Part shown: piece by piece, positions 9,123 to 18,646 of the stretch
Layout: each line of letters begins with the position of its first letter
Numbering within the stretch: the stretch's first letter is position 1
Virus record (IMG/VR): IMGVR_UViG_3300017722_005389
Source of the DNA: a virus
Taxonomy: Duplodnaviria > Caudoviricetes
Length of the DNA: 64,000 nt
Reading direction: 5' to 3' (one strand)
The notes under the pieces: generated by a model
Told to the model about the DNA's origin: nothing
Seen by the model: only the letters and a program-made list of their open reading frames with translations
Databases searched by the model: none
Position numbers and translations under genes: made by a program

Positions 9123-10124
9123 TTAAAGAGGATTTCTTACTAATCTTTGTAAATTATCTTTAATACTTAGTATTATATTTCGTATGGTACTAAGTTGCCC
9201 TTTAACCTGTTCAATTCCCATACTTTCATCAAGTTTATTAACATATCTATTTAAATCCATAATAAGTCTATCAAAATAATTATCAACTGCAGTAATTTTA
9301 AAACTATTTTCAAAAATATTCCTTTTTGATTTTTTATTTCGTGATAAATAACTTTCTGATAAAGGAAGATTTAAAATAGAAGCAATTGAATCTTCAATAG
9401 GAGCTAATATTTGATCAACTGAATTAGAAAACATTTTTTCTGTAATATTGTCATCAATATATTTGTACTTTAAAGTTTCAAAACTTCTATTGAATTGTCT
9501 TACATTATCTTTCATTTGTTGCAATTTAGCCCCTAATTCATTATTTTGTGATTTAGGCGTATTTTGCTGCTGAGGAACGTTATTTTGCTGCTGAGGAACG
9601 TTATTTTGCTGCTGAGGAGTATTATTTTGCTGCTGAGGATATAATGGTTCAACTATTGGTATTAAATCTAGCATTCGATCTATAGACATTTTAAAAGGCA
9701 AAAGTCCATATTGAAATTTTCTGATAAAGTTATCTAATTCATCATTATCCGAAATTTCATAAATTTTCTTTAAAACTGAAAAAACTTCCAATGTTGCTTC
9801 AAGGATTTTAGGAAGCCTAATTTTCAATATTGAAAGAGTATCTAAAGGAGAAGCTGAATTTGGTAATTCAACCTTAAACATGTTATAAACTGCACTAGAT
9901 AATGTACTGTATTTTTCAAAATAATTTTCGACTAAATTTGAAACCTTAGAAGTATCAGTATTATTTAAAAATCTCTTAAATTCAGTTTGAATTTCTATAG
10001 CGTTGTTATAGTTTCCTATGAGTACTTTAAATTCATTACGCATCTCTTCTTTTGGATCCCTTTCAACTTCCTCTTTAATAACTCTTCTTACTAATTTTTT
10101 TAATTCATTCAACTTGATTTTCAT
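9123..10124 (-). CDS. Leader-bearing helical protein with PQQQNN repeats
   Basis: MKIKLNELKKLVRRVIKE leader; 21-bp repeat at 9560-9638. Confidence 0.8.
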   Translation of the reverse strand: MKIKLNELKKLVRRVIKEEVERDPKEEMRNEFKVLIGNYNNAIEIQTEFKRFLNNTDTSKVSNLVENYFEKYSTLSSAVYNMFKVELPNSASPLDTLSILKIRLPKILEATLEVFSVLKKIYEISDNDELDNFIRKFQYGLLPFKMSIDRMLDLIPIVEPLYPQQQNNTPQQQNNVPQQQNNVPQQQNTPKSQNNELGAKLQQMKDNVRQFNRSFETLKYKYIDDNITEKMFSNSVDQILAPIEDSIASILNLPLSESYLSRNKKSKRNIFENSFKITAVDNYFDRLIMDLNRYVNKLDESMGIEQVKGQLSTIRNIILSIKDNLQRLVRNPL

Positions 10125-10225
10125 ATAACATTTTTTTTAGATTTATATTTTATTATAAATATATCACTTTGCCTAAAGTATAATCATATTTATTTTTATT
10201 TGAATCCAAATATGTTCCAGTTAAA

Positions 10226-11236
10226 TCAATCTCGTTCAGTTAATTTTATTTTATCTATAATATATTGTATTAACCGAATGGTTTCAGATGAAACATATTG
10301 ATAGTTACCAAAATTTTTATTATTAGAAGCATATTCATTTAAATCATCCTCCATTCCTTGCAAACGTTCTAAATATTTCTGTGAATACCCTTTAAGTAAA
10401 TGTATCCAATTATCATTACTTTTTAAAAAATTTGTTAACTCTTTTAAACCACTAACTATTTCATTTTTTTCCTCATTATCAATATCTTCTTCATAATCCA
10501 TTTCCAATATACTTACAGCATTTTGCAATTTAATCATTTTTTCTGAAAAATCTTTAATGCCATTAGTTTTTTCTTGTATTTTTTTATCTATATCTGGATA
10601 ATCTTCCAATAAATCATCGTCAAATTTTATTTTTGGATTTTTGTTTGAAAAATCTCTTGTAACAATATCTAGAATAATTCTTATTATCTTATTTTCATCA
10701 AATTTATTTCTTGTAATTGATACAATCATTGGATCAAAATAACCCTCAAAATAAATTGAATAAAATTCATTGTCATTTGCAATCTTTTCCCAAATATTTC
10801 GAGCTTGAGGTGTTGCTGATGGTGTTGAACTTGCCCACCCCAAAAATTTAATAAAACTCTTATAAATTAAATAACCCAAACCATATCCCCTCAACTCTTC
10901 AGGTATTCCATCTGAAAAATGAATCCTATTTTTTGGTAATCTTTCAGATGTAATAATAATATTACTTAATATTTTATTTTTATCTTTAATGTTTTTAAAA
11001 TGAGTATTAATAAATTCATCCGAAAAAATTACATGATAATCATCATAGATATAATCAGCTGTTATCTTTTCAAAAGATATTCCATCAATACCTGAAATTT
11101 TATGCCCCCTCTTTTCATAATTTGGTTTCATTGTATAATCTAAATAGGTATCGGTTAAATCAAGTCCCTCCTCAAATTCTACTGATAACTCTTGAACAAT
11201 TCTATTATATTGACTCTCAGTAATTATAATTTTCAT
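10226..11236 (-). CDS. Leader-bearing GNAT-like protein
   Basis: MKIIITESQY leader; ELRGYGLGYLIY and A.NIWEK motifs. Confidence 0.6.
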   Translation of the reverse strand: MKIIITESQYNRIVQELSVEFEEGLDLTDTYLDYTMKPNYEKRGHKISGIDGISFEKITADYIYDDYHVIFSDEFINTHFKNIKDKNKILSNIIITSERLPKNRIHFSDGIPEELRGYGLGYLIYKSFIKFLGWASSTPSATPQARNIWEKIANDNEFYSIYFEGYFDPMIVSITRNKFDENKIIRIILDIVTRDFSNKNPKIKFDDDLLEDYPDIDKKIQEKTNGIKDFSEKMIKLQNAVSILEMDYEEDIDNEEKNEIVSGLKELTNFLKSNDNWIHLLKGYSQKYLERLQGMEDDLNEYASNNKNFGNYQYVSSETIRLIQYIIDKIKLTERD

Positions 11237-11733
11237 AAATTAATTTTATTATAAATATATTATCCGCTCTAAAGCATAATAGAAAATTTTTATAGTCTTT
11301 TGATATATTTTTGATTCCTTTTGAAACATTTTTTATACTCTTTTGATATTTATTATACTTTCTAAAGAAATTATATACCTATTCTAAAATTCAGGAAGCA
11401 AAAAATTTTACAACTTTTTTTTTAATAGGGGTTTCAAAAACGCCCTTTTGATAAAAAAAAATACTTTTTTTGAAAATTCACAATTTCTTAAGAAATAATA
11501 TTTTGTTTTTTGAGGGTTTTACAAAACTTTCTTTTGTGGGTTTTTAAACTTTCTTTTGAAGGGGGTAGCTAAACTCCCTCCCCAGCTGGATTTGGACACT
11601 CTAAAGAAAATAAAAAACCCTCCAAAGAAGTATAAAAACTTTCTATTGGAGGATTAAAAAAAAATATTGTCCCAAATCAACTTTCAAAGGAAATGTCCCA
11701 CCTATTTCCAATGGACAACATAAAAAACTTTCT

Positions 11734-11955
11734 TTAGAAAATTATCATAGCTTTCTCTTGAAGTACTCTTTCGCTCATTGTTGCGAATTGAAGTGTCCCT
11801 TTTTCAAGAGCTGAGGCTTCATTAGGAGATAAGAGTTTCATCAGTTCAGGCTTCTGAATTCGGAATCTTTTGTATTTCTGACGTTTTTCGTTAATTTCGT
11901 AGAGATCAAACAGGTGGTTGTTCGAATAATTGACAATTTCGTATAATCTGTTCAT
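11734..11955 (-). CDS. Hypothetical protein
   Basis: Start moved to MNRLYE. Confidence 0.55.
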   Translation of the reverse strand: MNRLYEIVNYSNNHLFDLYEINEKRQKYKRFRIQKPELMKLLSPNEASALEKGTLQFATMSERVLQEKAMIIF

Positions 11956-12049
11956 AAAATTTTCTTTATTAATATACAATTTTCCAAAGAAAAATAAAAA
12001 ATTCCCAGAGAAATCATAAAAAATTTCTTTGGGAAGCAAAAAATGTCCT

Positions 12050-12420
12050 AATGTGTATACGAAATTTATATCATATCTCCAATATACGAAGATTCAAACG
12101 TCCCAGTCCAGGTTCAAAAGAACGTATATTCAATTTTCTTTTGAAAAAGATCAGGTTTCTCATGAAAATGTGAGTGTCCAAGGTCAAATTTCGGCTGTCC
12201 AGGGACCAGAAATGACCAAAAAGTGTCAAAAAACACGGTGTTTTACCAAAAAATACAACAAAAACGTTCAATTGGATGACCATAAATTGCATAAGTGATT
12301 GATTTCCAATGAAATATTAAATTTCAAAGGAAAAAAGTGTCAAAAAACACGGTGTTTTACCAAAAATGTTCAAATGAATCAGCCCTGAAACGTTCAAAAG
12401 AACGATCTCAGGGCTGAGGG
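12050..12420. repeat. Non-coding repeat locus with TATACG motifs and a duplicated 35-bp palindrome-containing unit
   Basis: aaaaagtgtcaaaaaacacggtgttttaccaaaaa at 12218-12252 and 12332-12366; aatatacgaagatt shared with 34026 and 39090. Confidence 0.7.
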
Positions 12421-12605
12421 AATTTAAAATTTTTCAAAAGGAAGTCTACTAAGCTTTCTTTTGAATAAAATGTTTGTTTAATTTTCTTAAAATGGACTGT
12501 AGCGAAGTCTACATTCTTCCAAACGACAATTTTTGTGGTACCTCTTTTGAAGGTATACGGATTTTTATCTGGTTTGAAACCCCAGGCTAGCAAAGTTTGC
12601 TTCAT
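12408..12605 (-). CDS. Hypothetical protein
   Basis: Start moved to MKQTLL. Confidence 0.5.
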   Translation of the reverse strand: MKQTLLAWGFKPDKNPYTFKRGTTKIVVWKNVDFATVHFKKIKQTFYSKESLVDFLLKNFKFPQP

Positions 12606-12956
12606 AAGATATACTAAAAATTTTCTAAAGGAGGTAATGTATATGTTCAATAGTAGCAATATACGTAAAGTACTGAACTTTGGCACTGATTGCGACCTGA
12701 GCCTTCACTCAGGGTACAGCAAAGGTGGGAAGCATTTTTGAGAAAACCAAATTTTTTTGGAACTTTAACAAAAAATATTTTTGGTATTAGAATATGTTCA
12801 ATATACGAAAATTTCGATTTAGTGTTGGGTTGGATTACAAACCCCCAACTTTACAGTTTAGCCTCCGATAGTATCAAAGGTACGACTTTCTTCTGACATT
12901 TCATAATTTTTCTTAAGAAAATTTCAGTTTCTTTATATTTATTTTAAAAGCAGGCA

Positions 12957-13793
12957 ATGAAAATAATTATAACTGAATCTCAACATAAATTTTTGATAAG
13001 CGAAAATTATGATCTAACCCCAGAAGAGATGGACCAGGTTAGGGAATTAGCTAGAAAAAGAGCTGTTCAAACATTAGAAAATTTGAAGAAAAATGTAGGT
13101 GAATTAACTCAAAGGATAGAGAGAATGGAAAATATTGATTATTCAAAAATACCTCCAGATGTTGCTGAAACACTTAAAGAAACCATGGATACTCTTTATA
13201 AGGAAACATCAAGAGATTTAAAATATAATAAAAAACAACTGGAGGAATTTGATCTGGAAGATTCTATTGAAAAACTTGTTAAATGGGATTTAAGTTCTGC
13301 AAACGGTATAAGTCATGAGTTCAGATATCAAAAATATAAGAAGGAGGCATTGAATCGTAAATTAACAAAAGAAGATATAATCAATTTATTTGTCACAGCT
13401 CTCGAAGGTGGATCCAATTATTGGTATTACGTAGGAAATTCTGATAAGATTAATAATACAGGCGAACCATCATCTGAAGAAATTGGTAAGTTTATATTGA
13501 ATGGTGGTGAAGTAATATTTTATGATAAAGAGCTCGTGGAAGAAATTTTGGGGAAAATGGATGATTCTTATTATCATATTCAAGGTGATATTGTGGATGA
13601 AAAATTATTCGCTGAAGATAAAGAGAAAGCATTATTGGGGCGTGTCGATATGGATTCAATTTTGAAAGGGATCAGTATTACTAAAGAAGATTACCCTGAA
13701 GTTTGGGAAAATATATTATTGGAACAATATGATGCAAATGATGCTGACGTCTTTCTGCAGTTGTGTGTGATGGGTGAAGTTGTATTTGGTTAA
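12957..13793 (+). CDS. Leader-bearing hypothetical protein
   Basis: MKIIITESQHKFLISE leader; C-terminal ALEGGSNYW...DADVFLQLCVMGEVVFG domain. Confidence 0.85.
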   Translation: MKIIITESQHKFLISENYDLTPEEMDQVRELARKRAVQTLENLKKNVGELTQRIERMENIDYSKIPPDVAETLKETMDTLYKETSRDLKYNKKQLEEFDLEDSIEKLVKWDLSSANGISHEFRYQKYKKEALNRKLTKEDIINLFVTALEGGSNYWYYVGNSDKINNTGEPSSEEIGKFILNGGEVIFYDKELVEEILGKMDDSYYHIQGDIVDEKLFAEDKEKALLGRVDMDSILKGISITKEDYPEVWENILLEQYDANDADVFLQLCVMGEVVFG

Positions 13794-13869
13794 AAAATTT
13801 CTAAAGAAAAAAAAACGCTTCCTTTTGGAAGCGTTTTGGTTTTTATGAAGAGTGGTTTTTGGCAGCTGT

Positions 13870-14190
13870 TTAAAATCTAAATCTAAATATCCCACTATTA
13901 AAAAGCTTTTTAACCTGTGGATTATATTTATTTGCTGGAGCATTTTTATATTGTGAAAAATCATCTTTGGTTAATTTTCTTCCCATTCGTTTTTCTAAAC
14001 AGTTCATACAAAGAGTATTTGATTCATTACCATATTCACTCCAGATGTCATCATTTACCATATACATATCGTAATCATAAGTACCACAATCCTTACAAGT
14101 GAATCTTTCAATCTCCTCTTGAGGTATATCGGTTTCTTCTTTGATAATTGCTTTTACAATTTGTCTGAGTTCGCTTAATTTGATTTTCAT
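13870..14190 (-). CDS. Leader-bearing Zn-finger protein
   Basis: CKDC...LCMNCLEKRMGR. Confidence 0.75.
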   Translation of the reverse strand: MKIKLSELRQIVKAIIKEETDIPQEEIERFTCKDCGTYDYDMYMVNDDIWSEYGNESNTLCMNCLEKRMGRKLTKDDFSQYKNAPANKYNPQVKKLFNSGIFRFRF

Positions 14191-14200
14191 AAAGATTTTT

Positions 14201-14914
14201 TTATCTTATTTCTTGGTGTTTGTATAGAGTGAGAGCAAGTTCCCAGTTGTTTTCTGCTATATCTATTAGTTTATCAATTGTTTCTTTGTCTTTTTTCACA
14301 CGTCTTAATTTTTTAAAGTAATAAGCCATCATTTCGCCTGGATCCGCTACAATAGTCAAATTACGTTCTCTTGCTTCTTTAAATTCAAATGCAGATTTTA
14401 TTACGTAATCAGAAAAAAAGTAATTTTTTACGCTTAATTTAACTTCCCCTGTTGTAAAGAAATATTTAGCTTCATTAGCAGTTAATTTATAGTAGGTTTC
14501 ATCAGAATTTTCAGATTTTATCAAATTATCTTCAAAAGTCCTAAGAATTTTATCATATGATAGTAGATCCCCACTAGGATTGAAAATACTATCAGTTGAG
14601 CGTTTAAATCCATTACTACCAACTTTTTCAGAATATATTTTTTCATATTCTTCTTTAGTTTTTATCTCATTTAATTCATCCCAAGAAATATTATTTAAAG
14701 GCATACCAAAATAAAAACCCCATTTTATTTCAACGCCATTTTTATTTACAAATACACCTATACCATCAGGTTTTCCTTTTTCAATATTTCCTGTAAATTT
14801 TCCTCCTTCATAAGGGAAATCTTTAAAAAAAAACTCATTCAATATTTTTTTGTTTTGTTCTTCTTTGATAATTGCTTTTACAATTTGTCTGAGTTCGCTT
14901 AATTTGATTTTCAT
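14201..14914 (-). CDS. Leader-bearing protein with a MORN-like segment
   Basis: Same leader DNA as 13870; YEGGKFTGNIEKGKPDGIG. Confidence 0.7.
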   Translation of the reverse strand: MKIKLSELRQIVKAIIKEEQNKKILNEFFFKDFPYEGGKFTGNIEKGKPDGIGVFVNKNGVEIKWGFYFGMPLNNISWDELNEIKTKEEYEKIYSEKVGSNGFKRSTDSIFNPSGDLLSYDKILRTFEDNLIKSENSDETYYKLTANEAKYFFTTGEVKLSVKNYFFSDYVIKSAFEFKEARERNLTIVADPGEMMAYYFKKLRRVKKDKETIDKLIDIAENNWELALTLYKHQEIR

Positions 14915-15033
14915 GAAATTTTATTATAAATATTCTCTAAAGAAAGTTTTAAAATTTCTTCAGAAAAATTTGGAAATGCCAAAAGAAAGTGAGACTTTTG
15001 TTCCCATTAAATCACTGTTAAAACATTTGACTT

Positions 15034-15291
15034 ATGAAATCTGAGATTATTGAAAATCTTTCTAAAGAAATCAGAGTACTTTCTTCTGATGAAGTTGAGG
15101 CTGAAAAAGCTGTTTTTATGTTAGAGCGCAGCATCATGGTTTTTAATATGGACTCCAATAAGGATGCTTTGGTTGAGTATGTTAAACGCCAGCTTGATAC
15201 ACACAGAAAAGGTGCAACCTGGTATGCAGAACATTATGTATTAGCTGGTGAATCATTTTTAAAATACGTTTCTCATGGCGAAAATATATAG
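15034..15291 (+). CDS. Hypothetical early protein
   Basis: ORF downstream of a tttg...gacttttg promoter-like site. Confidence 0.75.
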   Translation: MKSEIIENLSKEIRVLSSDEVEAEKAVFMLERSIMVFNMDSNKDALVEYVKRQLDTHRKGATWYAEHYVLAGESFLKYVSHGENI

Positions 15292-15646
15292 GGCATATTA
15301 TTACAGTGGCTGCAAAGATTGGAAAAAGCCTGAATGGAATCACCTGATGTACAGAGAAACCTTTCCAACTTTCAAGCAGGCAAAAAATGATGTCGATCGG
15401 ATCCTGATGTATGAAGGAAGAAAAGATATTGTTTCTGAAGAAATCGATGAGAAGAATGGAACTTATGAAATTCGCTATATCTGTGATGATGCCAGGAAGT
15501 TTCAGCATTACAAGAAAATCGAGATCCGTTGTGAAGAGGGTGTTGCTCCAAAGGCACCTAAAGCTTCTGAAGAAGTGAAAGTTGAGAAGCCAGAATCTAA
15601 ACCTCAAAAGAAAACTGAAACTTCCAAAGGGAAAAAAAAGAATTGA
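15275..15646 (+). CDS. Hypothetical protein with Lys-rich tail
   Basis: 123-aa ORF overlapping the upstream gene. Confidence 0.75.
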   Translation: MAKIYRAYYYSGCKDWKKPEWNHLMYRETFPTFKQAKNDVDRILMYEGRKDIVSEEIDEKNGTYEIRYICDDARKFQHYKKIEIRCEEGVAPKAPKASEEVKVEKPESKPQKKTETSKGKKKN

Positions 15647-15702
15647 AATATATCTAAAACTTTTTAATTAATTTTATTTTTAACTTTTTAAATTTTTAAC
15701 TT

Positions 15703-15957
15703 ATGAAAACGTATAGCTTAAAGTTTTCTGTCACAGAAACACACACTCTTGAACTTAAAAAAAAACCTACAAAAAAACAACTCGATACACTTAGAAAGAT
15801 GAGTACTGGAGAAATGTTAGCAGATAGTGTACGTGCTGAATTATCTGATCTGATATATTTAGAACTTGAGCATAGTGTAGAAGATGTTACCCCTGAAAAA
15901 TATCATTGGTTTGAACTTTGTGAAGGTGATGAAAAAACTTTAACTTATAAAGGATAA
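15703..15957 (+). CDS. Hypothetical protein
   Basis: 84-aa ORF. Confidence 0.7.
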   Translation: MKTYSLKFSVTETHTLELKKKPTKKQLDTLRKMSTGEMLADSVRAELSDLIYLELEHSVEDVTPEKYHWFELCEGDEKTLTYKG

Positions 15958-15963
15958 AACAAA

Positions 15964-16060
15964 AGTCCTGTGGCGGAATTGGTAGACGCACCGAAAGGTA
16001 GGAACGGTATGGAACCCGATTAAATAATCCTAATTACAGGTTCAAATCCTGTCAGGACCA
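15964..16060 (+). tRNA. tRNA-like RNA (Leu/Ser-type D arm, canonical T arm, aberrant anticodon arm; anticodon not assignable)
   Basis: TGGCGGAATTGGTAGACGC D arm, ACAGG-TTCAAAT-CCTGT T arm, GTCCTG/CAGGAC acceptor stem; about 45 nt between D and T arms. Confidence 0.7.
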
Positions 16061-16073
16061 CAAATTAATAAAT

Positions 16074-16271
16074 ATGAAAAATAAGATATTAACATTAATT
16101 TTCTTTTCATTAGGAGTTTTATGTTTTTATATTTTTGCATGTCAAATTGAATATGATAATTATTTCATTACAAGTTTATGGCTGCATATTTCTCAATTTT
16201 TCTTTTTTGGAGCCATATATTATTTTCATTTAACCTTTAAAGAAAATAAAAATCATGATAAAGAAAAATAA
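16074..16271 (+). CDS. Small membrane protein
   Basis: Two hydrophobic segments. Confidence 0.6.
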   Translation: MKNKILTLIFFSLGVLCFYIFACQIEYDNYFITSLWLHISQFFFFGAIYYFHLTFKENKNHDKEK

Positions 16272-16315
16272 TTTTATTTCTTCAGAAAATTATTTTAAAA
16301 TTTCTTTTGAAAAAA

Positions 16316-16348
16316 TTTGGAATTCTGAAGAAGGTTTACTACTTTTGT
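16316..16348 (+). promoter_or_regulatory. Bacteroidota housekeeping-sigma promoter
   Basis: tttg...tacttttg with about 20-nt spacing. Confidence 0.6.
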
Positions 16349-16382
16349 TACTACAAATTTGAATCATTAAAATTATAGCATT

Positions 16383-16577
16383 ATGGAAGAGTTAATTAAA
16401 ATCAAATCTGAAAACGGTATACAACTGACAGATCGAGAATTGGCTGTCAGATGGTGGGGGAGACGTTCTGAAGAAGAAAAGAAAGTTCTTTTAGAAACAT
16501 ATTTACCTTCTTATGAAATAAGCAGTGTAACCTATGAAACTATGTATTGGATCTGGTTGAAGCAACAAAAATTATAA
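16383..16577 (+). CDS. Hypothetical protein
   Basis: 64-aa ORF after promoter. Confidence 0.7.
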   Translation: MEELIKIKSENGIQLTDRELAVRWWGRRSEEEKKVLLETYLPSYEISSVTYETMYWIWLKQQKL

Positions 16578-16621
16578 TTTTTCAAACGAACTATATTATT
16601 TAATTTTTAAAAACAACAATT

Positions 16622-17503
16622 ATGGAAACCACAAATCTCGGTAATCAATTTGATACACTTCTTGGTGATATCAGCAAAGAAACACGTTCAGACATGATCC
16701 AGATCGACATCAGAAACATTGATGTCAACTGGGAAGAAAATGTTCGTCAGATTTATAACAACATTGAAGCATTATCAGAATCCATCAAGGAGCATGGATT
16801 GAAAGAGCCTCTGAAGTTGTCTCGCATCAAAGGGACCGACAGGTATCTTTTGGTGGATGGTCACAGAAGATACAAAGCAATCATGTTTCTTTTGGAGCAG
16901 GGGGTTCCAGTTTCCAGGGTGAAAGCTATTCTTGTGAACAATTCCCCAGAAGTTCGTCTTTCAGAGATGATCATCACAGGAGTTCAAAAGCAACCTTTGC
17001 ATCCTGTAGAACAAGCTGAAGCTTTCTTAAGACTGCAGAAATATGGATGGGATGTTAAGAAGATTGCATCTATGCTTTCTGAAGATGGCAAAAACAGGAC
17101 GAACCTTGTATACCGCTACTTGAAACTTGCCAATGCTCCTGAAGCGATCAAACAGAGATGTTTGAAGGGTGAGATTTCCCACGACACTGTTATCAAAATT
17201 ATTGAGGATACTGGAGCCGATTATGAAAAGGTTGTGGAGACAGTTGAAGATGCTGTTGCTGCCAACACCATTGTCACAGAGACTGGTGAGAAGGTCGTGA
17301 AGAAAGTTAAAACTCGTCAAGTGGAAGCTATTGTAAAACCAAAGAAAGCTGGTTTTATGGAGAAGCTCCGTTTGGCTTCTGATGAATTCTTCAACGAAGG
17401 AGAAGAAAACGACATCCTGGAGGAATTCATCAAGCTGGATAACACTGAAGCTTCTACAGAAGATATCAAAGCGTTCTTTAGAAATATTACTAGGAAATCC
17501 TAA
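16622..17503 (+). CDS. parB: ParB/Spo0J-like protein (ParB N-domain plus HTH)
   Basis: LSESIKEHGLKEPL, LVDGHRRYKA, LHPVEQAEAF, HTH-like segment with VYRYLKL. Confidence 0.85.
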   Translation: METTNLGNQFDTLLGDISKETRSDMIQIDIRNIDVNWEENVRQIYNNIEALSESIKEHGLKEPLKLSRIKGTDRYLLVDGHRRYKAIMFLLEQGVPVSRVKAILVNNSPEVRLSEMIITGVQKQPLHPVEQAEAFLRLQKYGWDVKKIASMLSEDGKNRTNLVYRYLKLANAPEAIKQRCLKGEISHDTVIKIIEDTGADYEKVVETVEDAVAANTIVTETGEKVVKKVKTRQVEAIVKPKKAGFMEKLRLASDEFFNEGEENDILEEFIKLDNTEASTEDIKAFFRNITRKS

Positions 17504-17553
17504 TTGTTGTTACCTGAACCCTCTTAGGAGGGTTCTTTTTAAATTGTATTTCT

Positions 17554-17748
17554 ATGGAACGCAAAATAAAATACTTTGGAATACTTGTAGTATTTCTATT
17601 GATACTTCAAATGCCAATTTTTTATAAAATTTCTAAGCTCCAATTAGGCTTCTGGATCGATTTGATAAGCTATCTATCATTAGCTTGTCATATGGCGATT
17701 TTTGCTATGGTTGCTATCGAGATAATAAAAAAAGAATTGGAACTTTAA
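17554..17748 (+). CDS. Small membrane protein
   Basis: Two hydrophobic helices. Confidence 0.6.
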   Translation: MERKIKYFGILVVFLLILQMPIFYKISKLQLGFWIDLISYLSLACHMAIFAMVAIEIIKKELEL

Positions 17749-17820
17749 AAAATAATTTAAAACAAATCCTTTTATTTTCATTTGAAAGTATATATATTTG
17801 TGGAATAAAATTTTTATAAT

Positions 17821-18063
17821 ATGAACCCTCCAAAGAAAAATTTACCAGATTCTTTAAAAAAATATTCCGAAGATTATTCTGAAGATGATCTGGATATATT
17901 CCTTCTATCTTTTATAGATGAGGATTATGAATTCAAAACCAGTAATGCCAATGATCCTGATATCTGGGATGGATTCAGTTACCCCGAAGAAGAATACTTT
18001 CTTCCTATGGAACCTTCAAACATTCAAGATAGCACAATACAGGTCAACCAAAGACCACTTTAA
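17821..18063 (+). CDS. Acidic hypothetical protein
   Basis: 80-aa acidic ORF. Confidence 0.6.
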   Translation: MNPPKKNLPDSLKKYSEDYSEDDLDIFLLSFIDEDYEFKTSNANDPDIWDGFSYPEEEYFLPMEPSNIQDSTIQVNQRPL

Positions 18064-18089
18064 ACCACATTTATTTTTAATACTTTCAA

Positions 18090-18248
18090 ATGAAAATTGC
18101 AATTTTTATTTTAGCACTCGGTATTTTCTTGGGAAGCTGCACAACTTGCAAAGAAAAATGCTGTACCGAAAAGGAAAAGCAGGACTCTACCAAAGTTGCT
18201 GTAGATACAGTTGTCGTTGACACTGTTTCCAAAGACTCAGCTAAGTAA
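18090..18248 (+). CDS. Small lipoprotein (not in ORF track)
   Basis: MKIAIFILALGIFLGS-C lipobox, 52 aa, followed by terminator gcttctgaa-gaaa-tttcagaagc-tttttt. Confidence 0.7.
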   Translation: MKIAIFILALGIFLGSCTTCKEKCCTEKEKQDSTKVAVDTVVVDTVSKDSAK

Positions 18249-18646
18249 TTTTAAGTTAAGCTTAACTCTGGCTTCTGAAGAAATTTCAGAAGCCTTTTTT
18301 TATTCTAAATTAATTTCCAACTTAATTAATTTTATTTGGCTTTCTTAAGAAACCACAAAACTTTCTTTGGGGTATTTCCCCTACAGTATATATTAAAAGT
18401 GTATGTGTTCTATATTATTCAATATAATATTCTTCTTTAGTTAATACTTTTGAGATTCTTTATATCTATATTATGAAACTCAAAAGTATTGATCTAAACA
18501 GTCTAAAACGAAGTAGTGATGGGGCTTTCAGCCTATTCTATGCTTTTTATATTAATTTTTAGCATTTTTTACAAAAAAAACAGGTGGACAACTTATGTTA
18601 TTCACCTGTTTGCGGTCGAGCCATTTATTTTAGATTTAAGACACTT

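Noticed and set aside
11734-12896. ORFs 12029..12298, 12071..12292, 12535..12741 and 12690..12896
   Set aside because: They overlap repeat or regulatory DNA or oppose better ORFs; no leader or motif support
15964-16060. Ordinary tRNA-Leu or tRNA-Ser call
   Set aside because: No canonical anticodon stem-loop could be placed; kept only as tRNA-like
18435-18495. 12-bp inverted repeat aatacttttgag/ctcaaaagtatt as a mobile-element end
   Set aside because: Single occurrence, no transposase or target duplication; function unassigned
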